A DNA stretch of 62,485 bases, filler included. It is 5 parts of 5 records of this genome, joined end to end, with 100 filler letters (N's around TTAATTAATTAA, not from the genome) between each part and the next. Parts side by side here need not be neighbours in the genome. Positions count along the whole stretch, not along the records: positions 22,736 to 40,792 come from SRR31156797_7088; positions 40,893 to 46,901 come from SRR31156797_7097; 3 more parts are not named here. The stretch is one strand, 5' to 3'. Positions 37,186 to 46,876 of this stretch are shown piece after piece. Each line of letters opens with the position of its first letter. The stretch's first letter is position 1. A program made the position numbers and the translations under genes. The notes beneath the pieces were generated by a model. It worked only from the letters and a program-made list of their open reading frames with translations, was not told the DNA's origin and did not search any database.

Positions 37186-40161
37186 ATGAAGAAAATCCTA
37201 CGACATCTCTTACTCTTTACATTGGCATTGATGCTAACTATGCCTTTGTTCGCTCAAAATGGTCCTCACCATCCCGAATTGGACTGGAAAACTTTGGAAA
37301 CCGAGCATTTTATCTTTCATTTTCATCCCGGTACGGAATGGTCCGTGCAAATGGCTATGAAAGTTGCTGAATCGGTTTATCCGCATGTTACCGGCCTTTA
37401 TGACTGGGAACCTGATGAAAAAACACAGATCATCATTCAGGATACGGATGATTACGCCAATGGCGGTGCTTATTATTTCGATAATAAGATCATGATCTGG
37501 GCCTCTCCGCTGGAATTTGACCTTCGCGGCAACCATCAGTGGATGTGGAATGTTTTCACTCATGAATTCGCACACATCATTTCATTGGGCGCTTCCATGA
37601 AGTACCCTATCAATATTCCCATGTTCTATGTACAGTGGATCGACCGTGAAGTCCCCATGAAAGAGAATATCATTTTGGAATATCCCAAAGGCATTGGTTC
37701 CATGCCTATTGCCAACTCCATTACTCCCATGTGGTGGGCAGAAGGTGTCGCGCAATATCAATATGAGAATTCCAAGCATGATACATGGGATTCGCATCGT
37801 GATATGATTTTAAGAGATGCCGCGCTTAACAATAATATTATGTCCTGGGGCGATGTCAGTCATTTTGGACATTCCGGCATCGGCAACGAACTTGTATACA
37901 ATACCGGATATGCTTTTGCCCGTTTTCTTGCCGATAAATATGGCAGTGGCATTCACGCCGATATCGCAAAAGCTGCCAGAAATAAGCTTAATCTCTCATT
38001 TAATAAAGTCCTAAAAGACGTTACCGGCATTAGTGGTAAAGAACTTTATAACGATTTTGCCGAACAGTTCCAGGCGGATGTCCTGAACAATACCGCGACC
38101 TTACGTAAATATGTTAAAGAGGGCGAAAGTATCTTTGAAAAAGGGCCCGGCAACTTTCTTGCTTCCTACTCCCCCGATGGTAAAAGAATGGTCTTTCAAT
38201 CCAGCGTGGGCAACGATTATATTTCTTACAATTTCCTGTATACTTTTGACGATAAAGGTAAAGAAAAACTTATTTCCAAGAATCGGGTTCGCGGAAATGT
38301 TGCATGGTCTCAAGACGGCAATAAAGTTTACTTTGCACAGCGACAGAAATCCGATATTTATGGATCCACCTGGTTCGACCTGATGGAATATGACTTTGAG
38401 ACCAAGAAACTTGAACGATTGACCGAGGATGCACGGATCTATTCCGTAACAACAGACGGCAAAGGCAATATGTACGTGATCCGTGTACACGATGGTACAC
38501 ATAATATTTTCAAATTTGATCCTAAAAATGATAAGATGGAAAACCTGACGAATTTCTCCACAGGAGAGCAGGTTTTTATTATGCAGGCTGATGCCGAAGG
38601 TAAAACCATTTACTTTGATATGGCTGTCAATCATGGCCGTGACGTTTATAAACTTGGCCTGAATGATAATAGCATCCAGCCTTTGATCTTTGATCTTGAA
38701 TATGATAACCGAACACCTCAGCTATCATTGGATGGAAAAACCCTGTATTATTCCTCCGATAGAACCGGGATCTTCAATATTTATAAAACTAAACTGTCTG
38801 ATATTAAACCGGAACTTGTTACCAACGTTAGCGGAGCCGCCATGTACCCGGTAATAAATCCGAATGATGCCTCGTTGACCTATACTCTCTTTAAAGAAGG
38901 TAAATTCGTCCTGAATAAACTGGATGATACAGAAAGCATGCCCGGCAAATTCGCCAAATACAAAGAGTATTCTTTTCCTACTATCATGCAGGAACGGGAA
39001 TGCAATTGTGACCTGACAACTGCAATAGAATATGATTTCCAGTTCAGCAAGCTGTTCTTTGTTCCTTTCCTGCAATATGATTATGACGCATTGAAAGGCG
39101 GTATCATTCTATTCCAGAATGAACTTTTGGACAAGATGAACCTTTTTGCCATGGCGGATATCAATCACCGCGGCGATTACGATATCAATGCACGTCTTGA
39201 TTTTAACATGTTCCTGCCAAGATTTTATTTTGAGATCTTTTCAGTCGGATTGAACCGATCGGATACGGTTCTTTATAACGAGTACTGGCAAATGGATCAG
39301 GATCTGCGTTTTTCATTGACGGAAGCGTCACTGGGCGTCCATTACACCTGGCAAAATCGCCATTATTTTGAATTATCGGCCACATCAGGAAGCTATACCT
39401 CAAATATCATCGGTGAGATCCCTGATGGTATCGGTCTGGTTAAATTCGTTCCATCTACATATTACAAAGGTCAGCGAGTTGAATTCAAATATCGGGTAGA
39501 CTTTACTCGTCGCCATTGGCAGAGCAATATTTCTCCCACACGCGGCTGGCGTATCAATGATCTTGTACTGGCTTATGATTTCAATAAGTTCATTGACGAT
39601 TATAAAGTCACTGATTATGGGACCTATACGGAAACCTATACGAATAATTTTACTCCGCGTGTAGATCTGGATGCGGATATCTTCTTACCCATCCCAGGCA
39701 CGGAACACTCAGCACTTTCATTTAACTTTGATATTGGTATGCAGTTCAATACCGAGATCGATTCATTCTTTAATTATTTCGGTGGCGGACTCCCCGGCCT
39801 AAAAGGCTATCCTTTTTATGCGATCGAAGGTTCACATAAAGCCATCCTTACTTCTGCACTGCGATTCCCGATCTCTAAAAAACTCGGTTTGAATCTGGAA
39901 CCTTTCTTTATTGAAAACCTATATGTCAGCGTGTATCATCAGATCGGCGATACCTGGACCTTCGGCAAATCTGCACCCGACTGGAAACAAGATATCGGTA
40001 TTGAAGCTCGATTGGCCGGTCATTCCTGGTATGGCTTTCCCTTGGCTCTGACCTTTGATCTTGTCTATGCCCTGGATATGATACAATACGATGAATACGA
40101 TGTAACAAAGACCATCGGCCATAATTTTAGATTTTACTGGACACTCTTATTCGACTTTTAG
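37186..40161 (+). CDS. Zinc peptidase (HExxH) + TolB/PD40 beta-propeller + Omp85-like beta-barrel fusion
   Basis: Signal peptide; WKTLETEHF, HEFAH, WWAEGVAQY; PD40-like SPDGK, WSQDG, SSDRTGIFNIY; GGG..GLKGYPFY lid-loop-like motif; terminal Phe. Confidence 0.8.
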   Translation: MKKILRHLLLFTLALMLTMPLFAQNGPHHPELDWKTLETEHFIFHFHPGTEWSVQMAMKVAESVYPHVTGLYDWEPDEKTQIIIQDTDDYANGGAYYFDNKIMIWASPLEFDLRGNHQWMWNVFTHEFAHIISLGASMKYPINIPMFYVQWIDREVPMKENIILEYPKGIGSMPIANSITPMWWAEGVAQYQYENSKHDTWDSHRDMILRDAALNNNIMSWGDVSHFGHSGIGNELVYNTGYAFARFLADKYGSGIHADIAKAARNKLNLSFNKVLKDVTGISGKELYNDFAEQFQADVLNNTATLRKYVKEGESIFEKGPGNFLASYSPDGKRMVFQSSVGNDYISYNFLYTFDDKGKEKLISKNRVRGNVAWSQDGNKVYFAQRQKSDIYGSTWFDLMEYDFETKKLERLTEDARIYSVTTDGKGNMYVIRVHDGTHNIFKFDPKNDKMENLTNFSTGEQVFIMQADAEGKTIYFDMAVNHGRDVYKLGLNDNSIQPLIFDLEYDNRTPQLSLDGKTLYYSSDRTGIFNIYKTKLSDIKPELVTNVSGAAMYPVINPNDASLTYTLFKEGKFVLNKLDDTESMPGKFAKYKEYSFPTIMQERECNCDLTTAIEYDFQFSKLFFVPFLQYDYDALKGGIILFQNELLDKMNLFAMADINHRGDYDINARLDFNMFLPRFYFEIFSVGLNRSDTVLYNEYWQMDQDLRFSLTEASLGVHYTWQNRHYFELSATSGSYTSNIIGEIPDGIGLVKFVPSTYYKGQRVEFKYRVDFTRRHWQSNISPTRGWRINDLVLAYDFNKFIDDYKVTDYGTYTETYTNNFTPRVDLDADIFLPIPGTEHSALSFNFDIGMQFNTEIDSFFNYFGGGLPGLKGYPFYAIEGSHKAILTSALRFPISKKLGLNLEPFFIENLYVSVYHQIGDTWTFGKSAPDWKQDIGIEARLAGHSWYGFPLALTFDLVYALDMIQYDEYDVTKTIGHNFRFYWTLLFDF

Positions 40162-40169
40162 GAATTACT

Positions 40170-40792
40170 ATGAAACGCTTGACCGTCATATTGCTGATCG
40201 CTCTTTCTCTTCTTCAGGCACAAGTGCCCGAAAAGATCAAATCCAAGTCTATTCCCCTGGGAATAGGCCTTTCAGCCGTCCTACCCGGTGCGGGACAATG
40301 GTACGCCGATAATAAAGGCATGGCGATCGTTTATACCGCTTTAGAAGCTCTTTTCATCACCGGAACGGTCTATTTTAACCATCAGGGTGAGCTTGGTGTG
40401 GAAGCATATGAAGATTATGCGGATATTCACTGGGACGTAAACGACTGGTTGGAGGTTTACGATCCAAATATTCATCCAACAACCCATACTTCCACGATAT
40501 ACGTTGACAGCCGAAGTTATGCCCCTCAAAATGTGGATGATTATGCCGCCATGATAGCTGATATCGAAGACGGTTCTTTTAGTATATCGATCCTAAAAGA
40601 CTACCATTTCTATGAAAATATTGGCAAATACCAGCAATTCAAACAAGGCTGGGACGATTGGTATGACGGTTCTGAGGAACCCGGTGACCCACTAAATGGC
40701 ATTGATGGAAGATATTCAGATAATCAATATGAATATGCCTCTATGAGATTAGCAGCCAATAAATTATTGGATTATGCAACATATTGCGGAAC
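40170..40792 (+). CDS. Exported/membrane protein with a DUF5683-like N-terminus, truncated by the contig end
   Basis: Signal peptide; LSAVLPGAGQWY; FYENIGKY.QF..GWDD; runs into the Ns. Confidence 0.65.
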
Positions 40793-40892
40793 NNNNNNNN
40801 NNNNNNNNNNNNNNNNNNNNNNNNNNNNNNNNNNNNTTAATTAATTAANNNNNNNNNNNNNNNNNNNNNNNNNNNNNNNNNNNNNNNNNNNN
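40793..40892. other. Artificial contig spacer
   Basis: 44 N + TTAATTAATTAA + 44 N. Confidence 0.99.
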
Positions 40893-40894
40893 CG

Positions 40895-41053
40895 AAATCG
40901 ACCCCCTTCTCCGAAAGCAGTCAATCCCTTACAGAGGAAAGGTTTATCCCTGCTTGGAAGGTTCTGTCCGTTTTCAAGACATTCACCTCAAGGGTCGATT
41001 CCCCGCAAATTATTAAGATTTTGAATCACCTTCAAGATGAACTTCTTTCATAA
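40895..41053 (+). CDS. 3' fragment of an unknown gene
   Basis: Open frame from the contig edge (KSTPFSESS...KILNHLQDELLS*) whose stop lies just before a strong terminator. Confidence 0.45.
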   Translation, partial: KSTPFSESSQSLTEERFIPAWKVLSVFKTFTSRVDSPQIIKILNHLQDELLS

Positions 41054-41056
41054 TCC

Positions 41057-41080
41057 AGCCCCGCTTCGGCGGGGTTTTTT
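41057..41080 (+). terminator. Intrinsic terminator with a TTCG loop
   Basis: GCCCCGC-TTCG-GCGGGGT followed by a T run; lies between convergent genes. Confidence 0.85.
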
Positions 41081-41086
41081 ATTGCC

Positions 41087-41389
41087 CTAGTATTCCCTGT
41101 TAAATGTGGCTCTGATGTCCTCAGTAACTGTCAGGGCTTGAGGGATGATTGGGAAGAGTTTTCCTGTGTCTGGGTCGCAGAGAATACAGGGTTGCCCCAT
41201 GTGCAGAGCGATGTACTTTTTCTCTGTATCTATAGCCATTTCCTGAAGGCCGGGGAATGCTTCAAGAAGTCCCTTCTCAAGTCCGAGTGTGTCTGCAAGC
41301 TCTGCCAGTAGCGGCTTTACCTGCTCCATCATTTCCCGAGCCGAATCAGCGGCTTCCTTGTCGATCTTCACTGTCATGTAAGTCATCAT
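41087..41389 (-). CDS. Hypothetical protein (100 aa)
   Basis: Overlaps the ligase stop by 4 nt; AGGAG RBS. Confidence 0.7.
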   Translation of the reverse strand: MMTYMTVKIDKEAADSAREMMEQVKPLLAELADTLGLEKGLLEAFPGLQEMAIDTEKKYIALHMGQPCILCDPDTGKLFPIIPQALTVTEDIRATFNREY

Positions 41390-43275
41390 TTCTCTCCTAT
41401 CATTTCTAAAAGCTCTTCCTCTGTAATCACTGTTACTCCGAGGTCTTTCGCTTTTTTGTTTTTTCCGGATGTGCTTTCTTTGTCATTGTTCACTAGGAAG
41501 CTGGTTTTTGAGTTGACTGAGCTTCCCGCTTTTCCACCTGCCAGCTCTATCTTCTCCTGAATCTCTTTTCTGGCTCCGGTATTCAGCTTCCCGGTGATCA
41601 CAAAAACCTTGCCATCCACTCCATCAACTCGGGTTTTCTGTAAAGGTGCTGTGATTTTCACTGCACAAACCAATTGCTCAATTTCATAATCAAGATCAGT
41701 GAGCTGAGACCGGAAGCTTTCATAGACGGCAGGTCCAAATCCTTCGATCTGGCAGAACTCTTCACGAGTGATCAAATCTATCTTCTGAAGTGAGTCAAAC
41801 CCCGCGTTGATAAGCTTCTTGGTCTGCCGCTCTCCGAAGCTTCTCATATTCAATCCGCCGATGAACTTTTCAAGTGGGAGCTCCCGCACTTCCTGAAGTG
41901 CTTTTATTGCTCGCTCTGTGTTTTTCTTCTGGAGGGTTTTCTCAAGAGCTCTGGGGATCAGATCTTCTTTATATAGATCAGCTATGCAGGTAACCAGTTT
42001 TTCTGACACAAGCATCTGTACCATGCGCTGGCCCATGCCAAGTACCCCAGTCTTTGAAATCCATTTTTCTATTCTCTGAATCAGCTTTCCCTGACACAAA
42101 GCATAAGGACAATAAAGCCGGGAACTCTCATCCTGATTGAGAAGGGTATTACACTCAGGACAATGCGTCGGAACTGGAATGGGTTCCCGGACCTCTCCGA
42201 GCTTTTCCAGTTTCTCAACCTTTGGGATAATATCGCCTCTCTTGCAGATGGAAATAGTATCCCCAATTGCCGCACCTATCCGAGCAATTTCCCGTAGGTG
42301 CACAAGGGAGGCCCGTTGCACAACTGAACCATCAAGATCGGTGGGAGTCAGTATTGCCACAGGAGTCAAAGTCTCCCCAGCAAGATTCCATTCAACAGAC
42401 AGGAGCTTGGCTGTTTTCACCATAGGAGGGAACTTCCATGCGACCTGTTTCTTTGGTTTTGGCCGCAGACGATCCTCCTGATCAATTTCACAGGATTTCA
42501 GGACCAAACCATCGATCTGAAATTCACACTTATCTCTGTTTATGTCATTGAGCCGAACGCAGTCCATAAAGGCCGCTTCAACCTTGATTATGTAAGTAAT
42601 CGGAGTCACGAATCCGAATTGTCTCCAAAGGAGAATATCCATGTCGTGGTAATTGGAGAATTCCCCTTCATCCACAGACATATCATATGCCACAAAAGTC
42701 AAATCCTCACAGTTTTCACCTGAGAGGTTTTTCAGTAATCCTGAAGCCAAATTACGGGGATTTGAGTACTCTTTTGAATACTTCTCATCGAACAATTCAT
42801 TACTCAATACGATTTCGCCGCGTATAGCGCGAATACTGGACCGGGGATCTATGATCTGATGAGGAATACTCGGGATCTTCAGTGCATTTCTAGTAACATT
42901 GTCCCCAATGAGACCATTACCCCGTGTGATGGCCTGAGTCAGCTTCCCATCTTTATAAATCAGCTCAAGTGACAGCCCATCCAGCTTATGCTGTACACAA
43001 AGGGGAAACTTAATGTCATGGGACTTACACCAGCCCCTGAATGACGATTCTGTTGTGATCTTGTTTTGAGATCCCAACATCAAATAATGCGTTGCTTTGG
43101 GCCATCCCTCAAGCCGGTCATCCCCAACCTCACTCAGAAGACTTGAGTTGGGATAGTCTTTCTGTAAATCATCCCACAGTGAATCGAACTCTGCATCCGA
43201 CATCACTGGTGCACTTAAAACGTAATATGCATGTTGTGCATCTTTGATTTGTGCTTCAAGTTCAACTTGGTTCAT
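41386..43275 (-). CDS. ligA: NAD-dependent DNA ligase
   Basis: YY...SDAEFD, KLDG adenylation motif, TRGNG, NPRNLASG, IDGLVLK, AWKF, GDIIPKV, C4 zinc finger, HhH, BRCT (FVITGKL). Confidence 0.96.
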   Translation of the reverse strand: MNQVELEAQIKDAQHAYYVLSAPVMSDAEFDSLWDDLQKDYPNSSLLSEVGDDRLEGWPKATHYLMLGSQNKITTESSFRGWCKSHDIKFPLCVQHKLDGLSLELIYKDGKLTQAITRGNGLIGDNVTRNALKIPSIPHQIIDPRSSIRAIRGEIVLSNELFDEKYSKEYSNPRNLASGLLKNLSGENCEDLTFVAYDMSVDEGEFSNYHDMDILLWRQFGFVTPITYIIKVEAAFMDCVRLNDINRDKCEFQIDGLVLKSCEIDQEDRLRPKPKKQVAWKFPPMVKTAKLLSVEWNLAGETLTPVAILTPTDLDGSVVQRASLVHLREIARIGAAIGDTISICKRGDIIPKVEKLEKLGEVREPIPVPTHCPECNTLLNQDESSRLYCPYALCQGKLIQRIEKWISKTGVLGMGQRMVQMLVSEKLVTCIADLYKEDLIPRALEKTLQKKNTERAIKALQEVRELPLEKFIGGLNMRSFGERQTKKLINAGFDSLQKIDLITREEFCQIEGFGPAVYESFRSQLTDLDYEIEQLVCAVKITAPLQKTRVDGVDGKVFVITGKLNTGARKEIQEKIELAGGKAGSSVNSKTSFLVNNDKESTSGKNKKAKDLGVTVITEEELLEMIGEK

Positions 43276-43323
43276 TTCTTACTCCTTCACAGAATAAGTA
43301 CGAGATGAGCCGCTTTTTTGGAG

Positions 43324-43357
43324 AAAAAAAAAGGGAGTTGCACAACACAACTCCCTT
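43324..43357 (-). terminator. Intrinsic terminator after nrdJ
   Basis: Perfect 10-bp stem AAGGGAGTTG-N7-CAACTCCCTT with a T run on the minus strand. Confidence 0.85.
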
Positions 43358-43381
43358 ACAGATCATTTTGTTAGGCAGCCA

Positions 43382-45646
43382 TTAGCTGCATTTACTCCAC
43401 CCGCATTCCGGACACATTGGACAGCCGTCACGTTTTTCAGCCTCCTTTCCACACTCGGGACAAAGGATCTTGATAGCAGATACTTCTCCTTCATATTTCT
43501 TGAGGACTCTGGAGAGGACCTTTGGAAATGAGGTGATCGCATTTGACTCATCCAGTTGCTTCCGGATGAACTCAACTGGGATTCCATGACGGAGACTTCC
43601 AGAGACCATACGGCACAGAGTAGCAAGCTCGGGGTCGAAAGACTCCACGATATTGTTGACAAGTACTGTTTCGCCGCTTACTAGACGATAGTGGCGTTTC
43701 TTCACCTTGACGATCTGGCCTGTCTTATTTCTGTGCATATCCAACTCTCCATCAAAGTTGGGAGTCAGGAAGACTTCATAGGGCTGACCTTCGAGGAGGC
43801 CCACCAGTGCGATGTAATTGCTTTTCTTATACTTCAGCTCTCTGATGTCGCAGGAGAGCGCCTTAGGCCGCTTTGGTGCACCAGAAGGTTGAATTTCCCC
43901 TGCGGGTGAATCCTTCTGACTGTCCTTGGTGCTAATGACTGGTTTCAGCTTTCCATCGGGGTGGAAGATAGTAAAGCCTTTCAGGCCGGCTTCCCATGCA
44001 TCCAAAATCATTCCGCCGATATCCTCTTTCGGAGATCCTGCGGGAGCGTTGAAGGTTTTTGAGATGCTCTGGTCAATATAGTGCTGACAGATTGACTGAA
44101 CAGAGAGGTGTTCCTTGATGGAAAGGTCATTTGTGACAGTAAAGTAATCAGGTTTCCCTTCTGTGCCATCCGATACTAACCGGGTATGATCATTCCACTT
44201 CAGATACTCAAGCCAAGCATTGTCGTAAACCGTCTCTGTTCTGGTCTCATCACCACGTCCTGTCCGAACCGAGCGATCATACTGAAGTGCAAAAATGGGT
44301 TCGACCCCTGAGGAGCAGTTGTTCCCAAGGGACAGGCTGGTGGTTCCCGTAGGGGCGATAGTGTTGAGATAGGCATTCCTTATACCGTATTTTGCAATCA
44401 GATCTTTGATTCCCTTCGGTAGCCTTTTCACAAACTCACCTTCAAGGTACTTCTTCTTGTCCAGTCCGGGAAATGCTCCCTTCTCATAGGCCAGAGCACA
44501 ACTGGCTTCATAAGATGCGTTCCGGAATTCCCTCATGACATCATTCAGGAAGGAATTCCCTTCTTCTGACCCATAGCCATACTTCATCATGGCGAGCATA
44601 TCCCCAAGGCCAGTGACCCCGAGTCCAATACGTCGGTACTTCTCCGCCTGCGCCCCGATTTTATCCAGCGGGTATTTGGTGCGACTCAGAACATTATCCA
44701 GAAAGCGGACACCAACTCTGACGTACTTCTTCAGCTCCTCAAGATCAATATAGGGGCTATCGGAAAAGGGATCATGAATGAACTTGGAGAGGTTAATCGA
44801 GCTCAGACAGCAAACGAAATATGCGGAGCCTACAATCTCTCCACAAGGGTTACATGCAACCATGAGCATATCAGGGTCCCACCAGACATTGTTAACCTGG
44901 TTGGCATTATCTACAAACATAAGACCGGGCTCAGCGAAGTCGTAGGAGTTATCGATTATCAGGTCATACAGCTTCTTGGCCTTGATGGTGTTGTAGACAG
45001 TTCCTTCAAACGTCAGATCCCAGTCAGCATCATCTTTGACCGCTTGTATGAAGTCATTGGTGATCTTCACAGAGATGTTGAACTGAGTCAGCACATTGTT
45101 TTCATCCCCGTGCTTGCATGTGATGAACTCCACAATATCAGGATGAGAACAATCGAGCAGTGCAATATGAGCAGATCTTCTCTGCCCACCAGTCATGATG
45201 GTCTTAGCCGACTGGTCAAACACCTTCAGAAAGGAGATAACCCCAGAGGCTTCACCTCCGGTGGACAGTGAAGTTCCCTTAGGCCGAATATGGGAGGCAT
45301 CGAATCCAACACCACCACCAACTTTACTGATTTTTGCATCTTCTTTCAGAGATTCATAAATGTCTTCCAGAGAATCCATGATCTCAATAGTGAAACAGTT
45401 GTTGTAGTTTTCTACTCTACTATTCGGTCTCGCGTTAGCAAGTATACGACCGGCTGGAATAAGGTAGCCGCTTAAAAGTGCATCTTCAAATTGTGTACGA
45501 ATGTCTTCTCTTAATTCGTCATTTTCTGCGAATGAGATTTCCTCCGCTACCCCACGGAGTACGTCTTCAACGCTCTCTTCTCCGTTAATCATGTACTTCT
45601 GCTGGAATATCTCTTTTGAGAGATTTTGGGTCATTCTTTCAGTCAA
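43382..45646 (-). CDS. nrdJ: Class II (adenosylcobalamin-dependent) ribonucleotide reductase with C-terminal zinc ribbon
   Basis: PAGRIL, NNCF, GGGVG, FNISV, AEPG, NPCGE, RRIGLG, IAPTGT, IDQSISKT, KGFTIF, CPEC...CPECGWSKC; TTG start with GAGGAG RBS; no ATP cone or intein seen. Confidence 0.92.
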   Translation of the reverse strand: MTERMTQNLSKEIFQQKYMINGEESVEDVLRGVAEEISFAENDELREDIRTQFEDALLSGYLIPAGRILANARPNSRVENYNNCFTIEIMDSLEDIYESLKEDAKISKVGGGVGFDASHIRPKGTSLSTGGEASGVISFLKVFDQSAKTIMTGGQRRSAHIALLDCSHPDIVEFITCKHGDENNVLTQFNISVKITNDFIQAVKDDADWDLTFEGTVYNTIKAKKLYDLIIDNSYDFAEPGLMFVDNANQVNNVWWDPDMLMVACNPCGEIVGSAYFVCCLSSINLSKFIHDPFSDSPYIDLEELKKYVRVGVRFLDNVLSRTKYPLDKIGAQAEKYRRIGLGVTGLGDMLAMMKYGYGSEEGNSFLNDVMREFRNASYEASCALAYEKGAFPGLDKKKYLEGEFVKRLPKGIKDLIAKYGIRNAYLNTIAPTGTTSLSLGNNCSSGVEPIFALQYDRSVRTGRGDETRTETVYDNAWLEYLKWNDHTRLVSDGTEGKPDYFTVTNDLSIKEHLSVQSICQHYIDQSISKTFNAPAGSPKEDIGGMILDAWEAGLKGFTIFHPDGKLKPVISTKDSQKDSPAGEIQPSGAPKRPKALSCDIRELKYKKSNYIALVGLLEGQPYEVFLTPNFDGELDMHRNKTGQIVKVKKRHYRLVSGETVLVNNIVESFDPELATLCRMVSGSLRHGIPVEFIRKQLDESNAITSFPKVLSRVLKKYEGEVSAIKILCPECGKEAEKRDGCPMCPECGWSKCS

Positions 45647-45900
45647 TATTATCTCCTCTATTCTAGGTAAATTGATAGTAGAATTCTTAAATTACACTCT
45701 CTTTCAGGGATAGGAAAATTCAACTTTTTGCAGTTGGAATAAGGTGCAATTCAGGTGGTGCATAGTGCATCTATAGTGGAAGTACTCTGTGATTACATTT
45801 TTTAGAGAAATTGCATTTGCCTAATTTTTTGATCTACTATCGGACCACTATCTAGTAACCTCTAAAGGTGTTTAATGGGGTCTAGACGTTCACAAATGAG

Positions 45901-45924
45901 AAAGCTCCCCGAGAGTGAGGAGCT
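45901..45924 (-). terminator. Possible terminator after the radical SAM gene
   Basis: Minus strand AGCTCCTC-N6-GGGGAGCT then a short T run. Confidence 0.55.
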
Positions 45925-45985
45925 ACTTTCTAGCAGTATAAAGACACTATTTTATGGTGGTGATAGAGTAGGGGAGTGGTGTCGA

Positions 45986-46876
45986 TTAGAAGACAAGCGA
46001 CCCTTTGGTATCCCAATGGCTATACAGCCTACAATCTGGACGGAGAATCATATATTTCAAATCTTCTGATATATCTTCAGAGTCCATACAGTTGGTATCT
46101 ACCACTGTAGAAATACCATCGATGTCATATTTTACTGCCCCGAATGGAAGACGCTGAAGTGCACGGCCATTTGACTCAATATGACTCTGAAGCATTTCCC
46201 ACCAGTTGACTTGAAACCCATTTTCAATCCTCCCAAGCTGTTCATGTTCTCTGACCCAATCAGCCTCGGGGGAGTCTCCCGAAGCATAGAGTTTTCTGAA
46301 TGTAACTTGATTAGCACCGAGCTTCTTACACATACCGAATATACGCGTCAATCGTATATCCCCAAACAAATCTGACATATTAAGGCAGAGACGAAGTGAA
46401 AGATCAAACTTCTGGATATCTTCACATAAGGTTGAAATATGCACTTTATGCTTCGGCTCTCCTTGAATCCTCCAGTTAGTATTGTCCTCAAAAGAATTGA
46501 TGGAGAGGGCGATAGTGGATACACCAATATCATTTCGGAGCCACCGGAGAACACCCTTGTCGAGACCGTATCCGGAGGCCTGTAGTTCAATCTTCCTAAA
46601 GGGCCTTTCTAACCGGCTGTTTATATCTGCAAACTTGGAAATAAAGTTCTCATTGAGCAGAACCTCTCCGTCAGAGGTGAGCATTGCGGTGTTGCACCCG
46701 TTGTCCCGTGCGAACTCCATTCTCCGGATATAATCTTTCAAATAGATATTCTCAAGTGCCGCAGGAGATTTTGCGATCATATTAGGGTAATCCCCTCGGT
46801 GTTGATGTGCAACACAGAACTTGCAGTTGTTTGGGCATCCTGCGGGGACCACTACGGACAGACTTTGGATCTTCAT
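45986..46876 (-). CDS. Radical SAM protein of unknown function
   Basis: N-terminal CxxxCxxC (CPNNCKFC); GAGGAGG RBS; no SPASM cysteine cluster. Confidence 0.88.
   Translation of the reverse strand: MKIQSLSVVVPAGCPNNCKFCVAHQHRGDYPNMIAKSPAALENIYLKDYIRRMEFARDNGCNTAMLTSDGEVLLNENFISKFADINSRLERPFRKIELQASGYGLDKGVLRWLRNDIGVSTIALSINSFEDNTNWRIQGEPKHKVHISTLCEDIQKFDLSLRLCLNMSDLFGDIRLTRIFGMCKKLGANQVTFRKLYASGDSPEADWVREHEQLGRIENGFQVNWWEMLQSHIESNGRALQRLPFGAVKYDIDGISTVVDTNCMDSEDISEDLKYMILRPDCRLYSHWDTKGSLVF

Noticed and set aside
40896-41000. AATCGACCC/GGGTCGATT inverted repeat as a tRNA or structured RNA
   Set aside because: Only 9 bp, no cloverleaf, and the region reads as the 3' end of a coding frame.
32274-45646. 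nrdR and nrdJ as a regulator-target pair
   Set aside because: They are on different contigs separated by an artificial spacer.
43382-45646. Intein or intron in nrdJ
   Set aside because: The ORF is continuous, of normal length, with uninterrupted catalytic motifs.
45986-46876. Calling the radical SAM protein viperin or NrdG
   Set aside because: Diagnostic motifs are not convincingly present and the neighbouring RNR is class II; left as unknown function.
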